Below are positions 26,811-36,519 of a stretch of 51,537 nt of DNA, piece after piece. Position numbers and translations under genes: made by a program. How positions within the stretch are numbered: position 1 is the first letter of the stretch; each line of letters opens with the position of its first letter. The notes under the pieces were generated by a model that had not been told where the DNA came from, ran no database searches, and was given only the letters and a program-made list of their open reading frames with translations. Source of the DNA: Eubacteriales bacterium (GTDB lineage Bacteria > Bacillota > Clostridia > Oscillospirales > CAG-382); NCBI GenBank assembly GCA_045636665.1, contig JAZTXY010000098.1, forward strand, positions 1-51,537. The letters run 5' to 3'.

Positions 26811-28601
26811 TTATTCGATTGGTTCAAAATCACTTGCAGGGTGTTTGCAGAGAGGGCAAATAAAGTCTTCGGGCAACGGATCTCCCTCATAAACATATCC
26901 GCATATCTTGCAGACGTGTCCTTTTTTGCCATCGGTGTTGGGCTTCGGCTTGACGTTTGCTTGATAGTAGGTATAGGTCATCGTTTCGGAATTGGTAATA
27001 ACACGCGATTCGGTAACCGAGCAGATAAACATACCGTGAGTATCGAGGTCGACATATTGCTCTACCTTAAGCGACATAAACGAGTTGATATACTTAGGCA
27101 AGAATACGAGTCCGTTATCGGAACGGAGAGGCTTGCAATCGGCAAATTTATCGACGTTACGTCCGCTTTGGAAGCCGAAGGTTTCAAAAACCTTAAAGGG
27201 CGCTTCAACCGAAAGGCAGTTTACGTTCATTATTCCCGTTTGTTTAATTACGTGGTGGGAATAATTATCCTTATTAATCGTTACCGCTATTCTGTTGGGG
27301 GTGTTGGTTACCTGAGAAACGGTATTTACGATAAGTCCGTTATCCTTTTTGCCGTCGTTGCTTGTCACAACGTAAAGACCGTAGCCGATATTGAAAAGCG
27401 CGGTAAGGTCGTTTTTGTTTGCAGTAGCGTCCTGCTGTGCAAGATATTCCTGACTCAATTCCTTTGCAAGAGCATCAAGCTGAGCCGAGCTTTCTTCGTT
27501 AAGCGCGGACATTATTCTTACGGTATTTTCGGTGTAGTGGAGATTTTTGCTGTTTGCGAGCATTTCCTTCATAACCTTGGTTGCAAGAGGTGCCCAGCTT
27601 CCGTTTTCGATGAAAGCGACGGTTCTGTTTTGGAAATTACGTTCGGTCAAATGGTCGATAAACTCACGCATAAACGGGAAAATCCCTGCGTTATAGGTCG
27701 TAGTTGCAAGAACGAGCTTTCCGTAACGGAATGCATCCTCGACCGCTTCAGCCATATCGCATCTTGCAAGGTCGTTGACTACCACCTTGGGACAACCGTT
27801 TGCCTTTAATTTTTCGGCAAGCTGAAGCACAGCTTTTTTGGTGTTGCCGTATACCGAGGTATATGCAATAACAACGCCTTCGGTTTCGACCGAATAGCTC
27901 GACCAAGTGTTATAAAGGTTAAGATAATAACCGAGGTTTTCATTAAGAACAGGTCCGTGGAGAGGGCAAATAATTTGAATGTCAAGACCGCTTGCCTTCT
28001 TCAAAAGCGCTTGAACCTGCGCGCCGTATTTTCCTACGATACCAATATAATAGCGTCTTGCTTCGCACGCCCAATCCTCATCGACGTCCAATGCGCCGAA
28101 TTTACCGAATCCGTCTGCAGAGAACAAAACCTTATCGGTACTGTCGTAGGTAACGATAACTTCGGGCCAATGCACCATAGGTGCGGTTACGAAGGTAAGC
28201 TCGTGCTTGCCGAGAGAAAGCTGACTTCCCTCTCCGACAACGATTTGACGGTCTGCAAAATCAGTTCCGAAAAAGTTTTTCATCATTGCAAACGCTTTTA
28301 CGGATGAAACGATCTTTGTTTCGGGATATGCTTTTACAAAATTATTGATATTCGCCGAATGGTCGGGCTCCATATGTTGAACGACAAGATAATCGGGTTT
28401 TCTTCCGCCAAGAACGTTTTGGATATTATCAAGCCATTCGTGTCCGTATCGAGCGTCAACCGTATCCATTACCGCGATTTTTTCATCAACGATGACGTAG
28501 GAATTATACGCCATACCGTTCGGCACAACATATTGTCCCTCGAAAAGATCAACATCGTGATCGTTTACGCCGACGTATTTAATGTCATTAGTAATTTTCA
28601 T
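26811..28601 (-). CDS. fprA: Flavodiiron protein fused to flavin reductase and rubredoxin domains (class F architecture)
   Basis: HMEPDHS, VHWPE, SADGFG, PLHG, flavodoxin YTSVYGNT, flavin reductase IGYGLYVVT...THGMF, C-terminal CKICGY...CPLC. Confidence 0.92.
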   Translation of the reverse strand: MKITNDIKYVGVNDHDVDLFEGQYVVPNGMAYNSYVIVDEKIAVMDTVDARYGHEWLDNIQNVLGGRKPDYLVVQHMEPDHSANINNFVKAYPETKIVSSVKAFAMMKNFFGTDFADRQIVVGEGSQLSLGKHELTFVTAPMVHWPEVIVTYDSTDKVLFSADGFGKFGALDVDEDWACEARRYYIGIVGKYGAQVQALLKKASGLDIQIICPLHGPVLNENLGYYLNLYNTWSSYSVETEGVVIAYTSVYGNTKKAVLQLAEKLKANGCPKVVVNDLARCDMAEAVEDAFRYGKLVLATTTYNAGIFPFMREFIDHLTERNFQNRTVAFIENGSWAPLATKVMKEMLANSKNLHYTENTVRIMSALNEESSAQLDALAKELSQEYLAQQDATANKNDLTALFNIGYGLYVVTSNDGKKDNGLIVNTVSQVTNTPNRIAVTINKDNYSHHVIKQTGIMNVNCLSVEAPFKVFETFGFQSGRNVDKFADCKPLRSDNGLVFLPKYINSFMSLKVEQYVDLDTHGMFICSVTESRVITNSETMTYTYYQANVKPKPNTDGKKGHVCKICGYVYEGDPLPEDFICPLCKHPASDFEPIE

Positions 28602-28632
28602 ATCATCATACCTTTATTGTTTTGTTGTCACA

Positions 28633-28698
28633 ATTATAACATAAATTTTTAATTTGTAAAGGGGTTTTGAAAAATTTATTGAGAATTTTTATCAATAA
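28633..28698 (-). promoter_or_regulatory. SigA promoter plus Fur/PerR-like box of the O2-defence cluster
   Basis: TTTACA-N16-TATAAT (TG extended); TTATTGAGAAT-T-TTTATCAATAA at 28676-28698 resembles the 7-1-7 box TGATAAT-N-ATTATCA. Confidence 0.65.
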
Positions 28699-28709
28699 GC
28701 GAAAAATAG

Positions 28710-28736
28710 AAAAAGAAGTCGAATGACTTCTTTTTT
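28710..28736 (-). terminator. Terminator of the ECF operon
   Basis: AAAAAGAAGTC-GAAT-GACTTCTTTTT. Confidence 0.7.
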
Positions 28737-29280
28737 AGAGCAATTTTATGAATGCATTTGAAGAATAAATTTCCGCACCGTACAAAACATCTCCGTTATC
28801 AAGAATAATTTCGCTCCCGTGTTGCGGCTGACTGCGCATTTCAATTGCCGCAGGATGCTGAAGAATGATATTTCTAACGGTTTTCGAGTTATCTTTTATT
28901 TCAAATCTAAATTTATTGAACGGTTTGGCGACACTGTCAGAAAACAGTAACGCTTGTGACCTTGACGATAAAAACGCATAATATTTTCTTATGAAGTAAT
29001 CGCCGTTTTCATTTACGATTATTTTTGTATTTTTCCGTACGCACCCAAACAGCTTTATCGAAAATACCGTGGTTGCTGTTTTAATGTACAGATCGAGGCT
29101 TTTGCGATTGCGGTTACCTAAAAACCAAAATCGATGCGTTGCTTTAAGCTCATAACCGCGTCTTTTGCATAACCGCACAAGCTTAGTGTATAAAATGCAA
29201 CGTTTAATAAAAAAACGTGCAAACGGGATCGAAACCGTAATAGCGACGAAGCAAAGTAACCAAAGCAAAAACATACTCAC
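28735..29280 (-). CDS. Hypothetical protein with an N-terminal TM helix, coupled to the ECF sigma gene
   Basis: GTGA overlap with the sigma stop codon; hydrophobic N-terminus followed by a basic domain. Confidence 0.65.
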   Translation of the reverse strand: MSMFLLWLLCFVAITVSIPFARFFIKRCILYTKLVRLCKRRGYELKATHRFWFLGNRNRKSLDLYIKTATTVFSIKLFGCVRKNTKIIVNENGDYFIRKYYAFLSSRSQALLFSDSVAKPFNKFRFEIKDNSKTVRNIILQHPAAIEMRSQPQHGSEIILDNGDVLYGAEIYSSNAFIKLL

Positions 29281-30923
29281 ACCCTCTTTCTGTACGTCAG
29301 AAAGATTATCGGAGTTTTTCCGACCTCTACTCGGTACGGCAAAAGACCTTGATTAACAATTGCATCAAGCTGAGCGAGAGGATAAGCGCGAAGCATCCAT
29401 TGCGTTTCGCAATGCTTGTAATAATCTACGTGCTTTGGTACTCTGTGCCGTTTGTTTTTAACGATGGCTTTAAGGTCGTCTCCCAATACCGCAGAAAGCT
29501 CTTTAAACAACGACGTTGTTGCAGGATAAAAAAGCATTTGCGCCGTTTCTTCGGTAAGATACGGTATATCCAAAATAGCTTCTCCGCTTTCGTCACGCTT
29601 AATAACGTTAAGATTTTCAAAATCGGGAACAAGCTCATATATCCGTGAGTCATCGGGCTCAACGTTGCAATCGGGAATCAGCGAGGCATAAAAACGTCCT
29701 ATCGTTTGCAGACTGCATTTATATTTAAACGTGCCGTATGCCCAATGAGCGTCTCCGAAAAACGATTGCTTATCGAAAAGTGTACAGCTGTCCGATGCTT
29801 CGGAACGATATGGAACGTTTACCGGGCCCGAGCCTTCGTATTTATTATTGCGTATACATCCGTTTTCATAAGAGGTGCAATAGGCAAACCATCTTCCTCC
29901 GTTTGGACGCTCGGGCGGATTTGACGGCCACTCGCTTTTATCGTTGCACGCCGTCGAGAGCTGAGAAAGTGCCATATCCAGACCGAAAAGGCAAAGCGTT
30001 GCTTTTTGTTTTTCTGACATAGATTGAAATTCCGTATGTTCAAAAAGCTTTAAAAAATGCTTTTTTGCGGTCTCCCAAACAAGCTTTGCGTGTTTTGCCG
30101 CAAACGCCTCCTGCGCGTCTATATTTCCAAAAGAATCCTCGTAATTTACAATCAAGCAACGTGAATAAACAAGACCGTTTGCCGTTCGCCCCATAAGCTC
30201 GCCGTTAACCATTCGGTCAATCAACGGCTCTAAATATGCACACGGCATACCCATAGTTTCCGCTATCGCTTTTACGGACAGAGGCGCTTGATATGCAAGT
30301 ATCAGAATATTTTGTTCGATTTTTGTCCCCAACAGCGAAAACGGCTCACCCGAGAAGCCTGCACTTCCCCATATTGCAACAGAAAGAGATTTTGGTGAAT
30401 AGCTTATTTCGGAATACTTATCCATTTTTGCGATACCCTCTTTGATCTGATGTCTTGCACTCGAAAGGCGCGATTTTACCGTACCTGCCGAAATACCGAG
30501 ATCGGCAGAAATACGTTCTATGCTGTGACCGTTAACGTAATATCTTACGGCGACCTCGCGGTATATGCTTATAAGCCGCCCTATCTCGCGACGCACGGTT
30601 GCATATTCTTCGCTGATCATTTCCGCTTCTTCGATATTTCCGATAGCTTCGTCTTCTTTCATCATTTCTACAGATTCAAATGAAACGATGTTGTTTCTGT
30701 ATTTTTTACGAAGCCATTCATTGTATTTATTTTTAAGCACTGCGGTAAGATATCCCTTTTTGTGCTCAACTCCTTCGCCTTGCTTTTGCTTTACAATCAA
30801 TACGATAAGCGTTTCCTGAACGAGCGAATCAATATCCTCGCAATCGGGATATTTGTAGGAAGCAAAATCATACAAATAATTAAGATATTCTTCGTATTCC
30901 TTTTCGATGGCAATATTAATCAA
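29277..30923 (-). CDS. ECF sigma factor with a long C-terminal extension
   Basis: Region 2 DSLVQET...GYLTAVLKNKY; region 4 SIERISADLGISAGTVKSRLSSAR; about 380 extra residues; TTG start after GAAAGGAGGTG. Confidence 0.85.
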   Translation of the reverse strand: MINIAIEKEYEEYLNYLYDFASYKYPDCEDIDSLVQETLIVLIVKQKQGEGVEHKKGYLTAVLKNKYNEWLRKKYRNNIVSFESVEMMKEDEAIGNIEEAEMISEEYATVRREIGRLISIYREVAVRYYVNGHSIERISADLGISAGTVKSRLSSARHQIKEGIAKMDKYSEISYSPKSLSVAIWGSAGFSGEPFSLLGTKIEQNILILAYQAPLSVKAIAETMGMPCAYLEPLIDRMVNGELMGRTANGLVYSRCLIVNYEDSFGNIDAQEAFAAKHAKLVWETAKKHFLKLFEHTEFQSMSEKQKATLCLFGLDMALSQLSTACNDKSEWPSNPPERPNGGRWFAYCTSYENGCIRNNKYEGSGPVNVPYRSEASDSCTLFDKQSFFGDAHWAYGTFKYKCSLQTIGRFYASLIPDCNVEPDDSRIYELVPDFENLNVIKRDESGEAILDIPYLTEETAQMLFYPATTSLFKELSAVLGDDLKAIVKNKRHRVPKHVDYYKHCETQWMLRAYPLAQLDAIVNQGLLPYRVEVGKTPIIFLTYRKRV

Positions 30924-30974
30924 AGAGGCACCTCCTTTCATAAATTACGGTAAAGTTACCATTTACACTCTTTT

Positions 30975-30999
30975 AGTTGCAAAAGAAAACGAAAGGTTC
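30975..30999 (-). promoter_or_regulatory. ECF-type (probably autoregulatory) promoter
   Basis: GAACC-N15-CAACT on the minus strand, upstream of the sigma gene. Confidence 0.55.
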
Positions 31000-31009
31000 G
31001 CATTTTTGA

Positions 31010-31045
31010 AAAAAACAGGATAAATTTTGTCTTTATCCTGTTTTT
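31010..31045 (-). terminator. Terminator of the aro operon
   Basis: AAAAACAGGATAAA...TTTATCCTGTTTTT. Confidence 0.7.
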
Positions 31046-31052
31046 AACTTAT

Positions 31053-32504
31053 TCAGTCTTTTAAAAATTCGTCCAATTTCGGAGAAAGGTCTTTGCGGAA
31101 TTTGGGGATTGCATCGCGGCTTATCCAGCTTGACCAATAGGTATATCCTCCGAGCGACATTGAACGCGGAGTTGCGACGTAGTTATAATAGCCGCCGCAT
31201 TGATCTATCGGAATCGTTTTTGTACCCGTAAAGCGCGAGCGCATCCAAAGTGTCATATCAACAAGACTTTCGCCCGGTACTCCGACGAAAAGATAACCGC
31301 AAAAGCGAAGTGCGGGAACATATACGGTAACCTCGTGAGTTTTAAGCTGTTCGGCGGTAAAGCCAAACTGCTCGCCGCGGCACATATGAAGTATATGAGC
31401 CGAACGCCAAACGTCATCGATAATCAGCTTGACCTCGTAAGGTGAACGCTTTTCTTCAACGGCGCGTTCGAATTCCCTTTGAAGCTCAACGTGTCTTTCG
31501 CGGCATTTTTGCATATCCGCATAATTATCTGGAATGTCTTCCTTCATCGGCATTACGATTTCAAAGGTTTCGGTTTTAAAAACATCGTCTTTATCAAGCA
31601 AAACGGCATTCTTATCGAAAACCTCACGGATTTTTGAGCCGATTGATTTTGCAAGACGGATACATTCCTTTGCAGAGGCTTCATAGGTACCGTGTCCCGG
31701 TGAACAGTCCTTTTTGGTAGCGAGGTCTGCGCAAGGTCCGTTTATATACATTCCGATACCGCCGTAAATTTCCGCCATATCGTCGGCAAGGTATCCCGTC
31801 CAGTCGTAATCGTAATGATATTCGGAAAGACGGTCGGGGTTTTCGCTATGCTCGAAAAGAACACCGACGTCGGGGTGCGCCGCAAAACGCGTTACCGTAC
31901 CGATAGTTTCGCCCTGTTTGTTTTTGAACATAAACATATAAGCCATTTGGTCGACGTTATTATCGAAATATATCGGCTTGTCAAACGCAGGAAGCTCCGG
32001 TTTATAACCGCGAAGGAGCATTATGTTGGGGTCTTGGGTATAGGGCTTTCCGTTTTCGTCAAACTTCATACCGCGCCAAACTGTAACGCCGCCGAGTCCT
32101 TCGATATATTGCTCGCGGTTGAATGAATAATCAGTGCCCATATCTATTTCTGCGCCATAAACGTCGCACTCTTGAGCATTCTTAATCATTTCGTTTATAG
32201 TTTCAACCGATTTATCGATTAATGTATCCATCGCTTCGCCCGCGATTTGCTCGTATGCAGGTGCGGCGTGAACCTGAATTTCGTGATACCAAATTGACTT
32301 TTCGGGGATACCGGTGCGTTTTGAAACCTCTTTTCTCCAACGGTCCGCTTCACGGGGGAAGGTTGCATTAAAATCGAATGCGCCGATTACTACCCTTTCA
32401 GTACCCGATTCGAGATATAAAAATCTTCCGTACAGATCTGTACCGTAGGGCCATTCCTGCTTGAAGGTTCCTTTTGTTGACATTTTTGCAAAGCTGCATT
32501 TCAT
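31053..32504 (-). CDS. Neutral/alkaline ceramidase-like metallo-amidohydrolase (cytoplasmic)
   Basis: QVHAAP (cf. THTHSGP), FAAHP, NGPCAD, GVPGE, YVAT...GGY. Confidence 0.55.
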   Translation of the reverse strand: MKCSFAKMSTKGTFKQEWPYGTDLYGRFLYLESGTERVVIGAFDFNATFPREADRWRKEVSKRTGIPEKSIWYHEIQVHAAPAYEQIAGEAMDTLIDKSVETINEMIKNAQECDVYGAEIDMGTDYSFNREQYIEGLGGVTVWRGMKFDENGKPYTQDPNIMLLRGYKPELPAFDKPIYFDNNVDQMAYMFMFKNKQGETIGTVTRFAAHPDVGVLFEHSENPDRLSEYHYDYDWTGYLADDMAEIYGGIGMYINGPCADLATKKDCSPGHGTYEASAKECIRLAKSIGSKIREVFDKNAVLLDKDDVFKTETFEIVMPMKEDIPDNYADMQKCRERHVELQREFERAVEEKRSPYEVKLIIDDVWRSAHILHMCRGEQFGFTAEQLKTHEVTVYVPALRFCGYLFVGVPGESLVDMTLWMRSRFTGTKTIPIDQCGGYYNYVATPRSMSLGGYTYWSSWISRDAIPKFRKDLSPKLDEFLKD

Positions 32505-32526
32505 ATCGTTAGTTCTCCAATCTGCC

Positions 32527-33555
32527 TTATAGCTTTTCCGCTAATTCAAAAATAAGCTTTTCGGTCTTTTCCCAGCCCAAGCAGGGGTCGGTTATGGACT
32601 TGCCGAAAACGCGCTCTTCAATTTTTTGCGAGCCGTCTTCCAAATAGCTTTCTATCATAAGACCCTTTACAAGCTTTTTGATATCGCCGTTGTATTTACG
32701 GCCGGAAACCACCTCGTTCGCTATACGAATCTGCTCAAGATAGCGTTTGCCCGAATTGTTATGGTTTGTATCGACGATGACCGAGGGGTTTGCCAAGCCC
32801 GAGGCTTTATAAATCTCGTTGAGCTTTATCAAATTTTCATAGTGATAGTTGGAAACGCTCTTTCCCGTAAAATCAACGTAACCGCGAAGTATTGCGTGGG
32901 CAAATGGGTTGCCCGAGCTTTTTACCTCCCAACCGCGATAGAGAAACGTGTGGCTCGCATGTGCCGCCTTAATTGAGTTAATCATAACTGTAAGGTCGCC
33001 GCCTGTCGGGTTCTTCATACCAACGGGAACCTCCAAGCCGCTTGCGGTAAGACGGTGCTGTTGGTTTTCGACAGACCGCGCGCCGACAGCAACGTAAGCA
33101 AGAAGGTCGGAAAGATAACGGTGGTTTTCGGGGTAAAGCATTTCATCGGCGCAGGTGAAGCCGTAATCCTTCAATGCGCTTATATGCAGCTCGCGTATTG
33201 CGACGATACCCTTGTACATATCGGGTTTTTCGTCGGGGTCGGGCTGATGAAGCATACCCTTATATCCTTCGCCGGTTGTACGGGGCTTATTTGTATAGAT
33301 ACGGGGAATGATTAATATCTTGTCTTCGACCTGATCCTGAATCCTTCTTAAGCGCGAAATGTATTCAAGCACCGGCTCACGATAGTCGGCGGAGCACGGA
33401 CCGATGATTAAAATAAACTTATCCGATTCGCCCTTAAAAATCGATTGTATTTCTGCATCACGCGCTTTTTTGACCGCCTCCATTTCGGCGGTTACGGGGT
33501 AATCCTGCTTTACCTGTTGAGGGATCGGCAGCTTGCGAAAGAATTGCATATTCAT
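32527..33555 (-). CDS. DAHP synthase, type I-alpha (AroF/AroG-like)
   Basis: IIGPCSAD, KPRTTGEGYKG, VGARS, GMKNPT, DTNHNNS, KSITDPCLGW. Confidence 0.95.
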   Translation of the reverse strand: MNMQFFRKLPIPQQVKQDYPVTAEMEAVKKARDAEIQSIFKGESDKFILIIGPCSADYREPVLEYISRLRRIQDQVEDKILIIPRIYTNKPRTTGEGYKGMLHQPDPDEKPDMYKGIVAIRELHISALKDYGFTCADEMLYPENHRYLSDLLAYVAVGARSVENQQHRLTASGLEVPVGMKNPTGGDLTVMINSIKAAHASHTFLYRGWEVKSSGNPFAHAILRGYVDFTGKSVSNYHYENLIKLNEIYKASGLANPSVIVDTNHNNSGKRYLEQIRIANEVVSGRKYNGDIKKLVKGLMIESYLEDGSQKIEERVFGKSITDPCLGWEKTEKLIFELAEKL

Positions 33556-33568
33556 AGTTTTCTCCTAA

Positions 33569-33658
33569 TTAACACCGATCGGAAAGGGATTGTGCATAGC
33601 TGCCGCCCAAAAGACCGAGTCCGATTATTAAAAACTTTTTTGATTTATCGATTTTCAT
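33569..33658 (-). pseudogene. tyrA: 29-codon remnant of prephenate dehydrogenase
   Basis: Manual translation MKIDKSKKFLIIGLGLLGGSYAQSLSDRC*; TyrA-type GLGLxGGS Rossmann start with RBS AGGA, located between aroA and the DAHP synthase gene. Confidence 0.85.
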
Positions 33659-34856
33659 AAATATCGAGTCCTATATTAAGCTGCTTTAACACGTCGAAGA
33701 AATCGGGATAGCTTTTTGCTACCGCTTCGGCGCCTTCGATTTCACCGCCGACAAGAGTGCAGAGCACCGAAAGTGCCATAACGATTCGATGGTCGTTATG
33801 ACCGAAAAGCGGTTCCGACGGCGTTTTTACTGCGGACGAACCGATTTTCACATAATTTTCGCCAACTTCGGCATCGATTCCGAATTTCTTCAATTCCTGT
33901 GCCATTGCCGCGCCGCGGTCCGATTCCTTGATTTTTAACCTTGCAGTACCCGTAAAGGTCGCACCGCCTTTTACCGCCGCTACGGCAAAAAGGATAGGTG
34001 CAAGATCGGGGCAATCCGAAATGTCATATTCGCGTTTTCCGTTTTTAATCGCTTGAAATATATCATTGAACACTTTGTCGCCTTGAAGCGTGTTTTTAGG
34101 GATTCCTCCAACCTCGACGCTTCCGCCAATAACGTTCAACGCATGAAGAAACGCCGCGTTTGAACAATCGCCCTCTACTGTAAATTCACAGCTTTTATAA
34201 CGTTGGTTTCCGAGAATTATAAATCGGTTGCCTGCACGTGTTATTTTTATGCCGAATTCCGAAAGCACCGCCAAGGTAATATCGACGTATGATTCACTTT
34301 CGAAATTACCGATGATTTCAACAATGCTTACTCCGTCAAGAAGCGGCAAAGCAAAAAGCAGACCGCTGATAAACTGGCTTGAAATATCACCGCGGATTCG
34401 GAAGCTTCCGCTTTTAAGTTTTCCGCAAACGGTAAGCTCGTTTTCGCTCTTTTCGAAAAGGATGCCTTGCTCTTGGCAAATAGATTCATATATCGAAAGA
34501 GGGCGCTCAAAAAGTCGTTTTGCTCCCTTAAAGGTGGTTTTTTTCCCCGAAACAAGACAAAGCGGAATTAAAAAGCGCAATGTGCTTCCGCTTTCGTTGC
34601 AATTAAGTATTGCGTTTTCTTGCGGGTTAAAAACATTCAATCCGCCGATATTAAGCGCGCTTCCGTTAATATTTAAAGATGTGCCGAGTGCCGAAAGGCA
34701 ATCGATCGTGGCGGCTACGTCGTTTGAAAATGCTACGTTGTTAACAACGCTTCCGCCCGAAAGCGCGCCGCAGATAAGCGCGCGGTGCGCGATGCTTTTT
34801 GACGGAGGAGCCGTAACCTTTCCGTTAGCAACAGAGGGGTAGATTTTAATTTTCAT
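33645..34856 (-). CDS. aroA: EPSP synthase
   Basis: PPSKSIAHR, CNESGSTLRF, ISSQFISGLL, LKIKESDR, DHRIVM, KSYPDF. Confidence 0.96.
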   Translation of the reverse strand: MKIKIYPSVANGKVTAPPSKSIAHRALICGALSGGSVVNNVAFSNDVAATIDCLSALGTSLNINGSALNIGGLNVFNPQENAILNCNESGSTLRFLIPLCLVSGKKTTFKGAKRLFERPLSIYESICQEQGILFEKSENELTVCGKLKSGSFRIRGDISSQFISGLLFALPLLDGVSIVEIIGNFESESYVDITLAVLSEFGIKITRAGNRFIILGNQRYKSCEFTVEGDCSNAAFLHALNVIGGSVEVGGIPKNTLQGDKVFNDIFQAIKNGKREYDISDCPDLAPILFAVAAVKGGATFTGTARLKIKESDRGAAMAQELKKFGIDAEVGENYVKIGSSAVKTPSEPLFGHNDHRIVMALSVLCTLVGGEIEGAEAVAKSYPDFFDVLKQLNIGLDIYENR

Positions 34857-34857
34857 T

Positions 34858-35283
34858 TCATTCACCGAGAAGAAAATCGATTGCTTCGATATAGCCATTG
34901 AATCCGTGACCGATTATCGATTTAGCGCACGCTTGACGCACAAAAGAAATTTGACGGAAGTCTTCGCGCTTCGAAACGTCGGAAATATGCACCTCAACGG
35001 TCGGAATCGAAACCGCCTTCAACGCATCCAAAATCGCAATGCTTGTGTGCGTATATGCGGCAGGGTTGATTACGATTCCATCGAAAACGTTCAATGCCTT
35101 TTGTATTTCATCAACGATTTCGCCTTCGTGATTGGATTGGAAGATTTTAACCTCAATTCCCTTTTTTTCACAATGTGTTTTTATTAAATTGCAAAGGTCT
35201 TGATAGCTTTCGTTTCCGTAAACAGACGGTTCACGGATGCCGAGCATATTAAGATTCGGGCCGTTAATTACAAGAATTTTCAT
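34858..35283 (-). CDS. aroQ: Type II 3-dehydroquinate dehydratase
   Basis: INGPNLNMLGIREP, QSNHEG, NPAAYTHTS, EVHIS. Confidence 0.97.
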   Translation of the reverse strand: MKILVINGPNLNMLGIREPSVYGNESYQDLCNLIKTHCEKKGIEVKIFQSNHEGEIVDEIQKALNVFDGIVINPAAYTHTSIAILDALKAVSIPTVEVHISDVSKREDFRQISFVRQACAKSIIGHGFNGYIEAIDFLLGE

Positions 35284-35286
35284 AAA

Positions 35287-36519
35287 TTATATATCCTTAA
35301 TTATTGCGTTTGCGTTTGTTTGGATTTCGTCGACGCATTGAATTCGCTTATCGCAAGACGAAAGATAAATACCGTAACGCTCGTTATAAAGCCTGTTTAA
35401 AGACTCACGGTCTTTTGAAAGCGGTCGGTCATCGGTTGGCTTGATTTTTAAGATGTCGCGGTCGAGGAAATATATTTTGCCGTTAAATTTAAGAAAATCG
35501 ACGTTTTCCTTTCTTAAAACCGCGCCGCCGCCCGTGGCGATAACTCTGCCCTGCTTTTTGCAGACTTCAAAAATCACCGACGATTCGATGTCGCGAAATG
35601 CTTTTTCGCCCGATTCGTTTATAATTTCACTTGGAGTTTTGCCGATAAGCTTAAAAATTTCTTCATCGGTATCGATAAATTCAAAGCCGATTTCGTTCGC
35701 AACGATTTTACCTATTGCGGACTTGCCACATCCCGGCATACCTATAAGAACGATATTCTGCTTTGACTTGAGAATGTTTTGATAAATCTCCTCGATACGC
35801 TCGGAGGATACGCTTTTGCCAATGAATTTTTCTGCGGCATACGCCGCTTGAGCTACAAGCATATAAAGTCCGCCGATTGCTTTTATCCCTTTATTTAACG
35901 AATCCGTAACGAGCTTTGTGCGTAACGGATTATAGACTACGTCGATAACCGCGTTCGCTTTGGGAAAGCTTTCAATATTGATTGCGCAACCGCCGATTTC
36001 GGGAAACATTCCGACGGGAGTTGTGTTAATTATCACCTCGGAATCGGAATGAGAGCTTAATGCCTCTTCATAGGTTATACATCCGTCCTTTTCGGTGCGC
36101 GAAACGCGGTATGCGCTCATACAACCGAGCGATTTAACGACGTGATATGCCGTTTTCGATGTGCCGCCGCTTCCCAAAATAAGAACTTTTTTATCCTTGA
36201 TTTCGATTTTTTCCCGACTTATCAACGCGCATAAACCATTAAAATCGGTGTTATATCCAAACAGCCTTCCGTCGCGGTTTACAACCGTATTTACCGCGCC
36301 TATATCCAACGCCTGTTGGTCGACATAATCAAGATGTTTGATTACCGACTCTTTATATGGAACGGTTACGTTTATTGCATCGAATTCACGCTTTTGCATA
36401 AAAGAATCAAGCTCTTCTTTTTCTATCGCTTTTAATTCATAATCATAGCCGAAAAGGGCTTTATGAATTTCGGCAGAAAAGCTGTGACCGACTCTTTCGG
36501 CGATTAATCCGTATTTCAT
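35287..36519 (-). CDS. aroE: Shikimate dehydrogenase-shikimate kinase fusion (AroE-AroK)
   Basis: HSFS, NVTVPYK, GAVNT, NTD, GSGG, then LIGMPGCGKS P-loop, IATGGG, RPL. Confidence 0.92.
   Translation of the reverse strand: MKYGLIAERVGHSFSAEIHKALFGYDYELKAIEKEELDSFMQKREFDAINVTVPYKESVIKHLDYVDQQALDIGAVNTVVNRDGRLFGYNTDFNGLCALISREKIEIKDKKVLILGSGGTSKTAYHVVKSLGCMSAYRVSRTEKDGCITYEEALSSHSDSEVIINTTPVGMFPEIGGCAINIESFPKANAVIDVVYNPLRTKLVTDSLNKGIKAIGGLYMLVAQAAYAAEKFIGKSVSSERIEEIYQNILKSKQNIVLIGMPGCGKSAIGKIVANEIGFEFIDTDEEIFKLIGKTPSEIINESGEKAFRDIESSVIFEVCKKQGRVIATGGGAVLRKENVDFLKFNGKIYFLDRDILKIKPTDDRPLSKDRESLNRLYNERYGIYLSSCDKRIQCVDEIQTNANAIIKDI

Noticed and set aside
26102..27809. 253-aa and 322-aa plus-strand ORFs
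   Set aside because: Antisense to rubredoxin, dfx and fprA.
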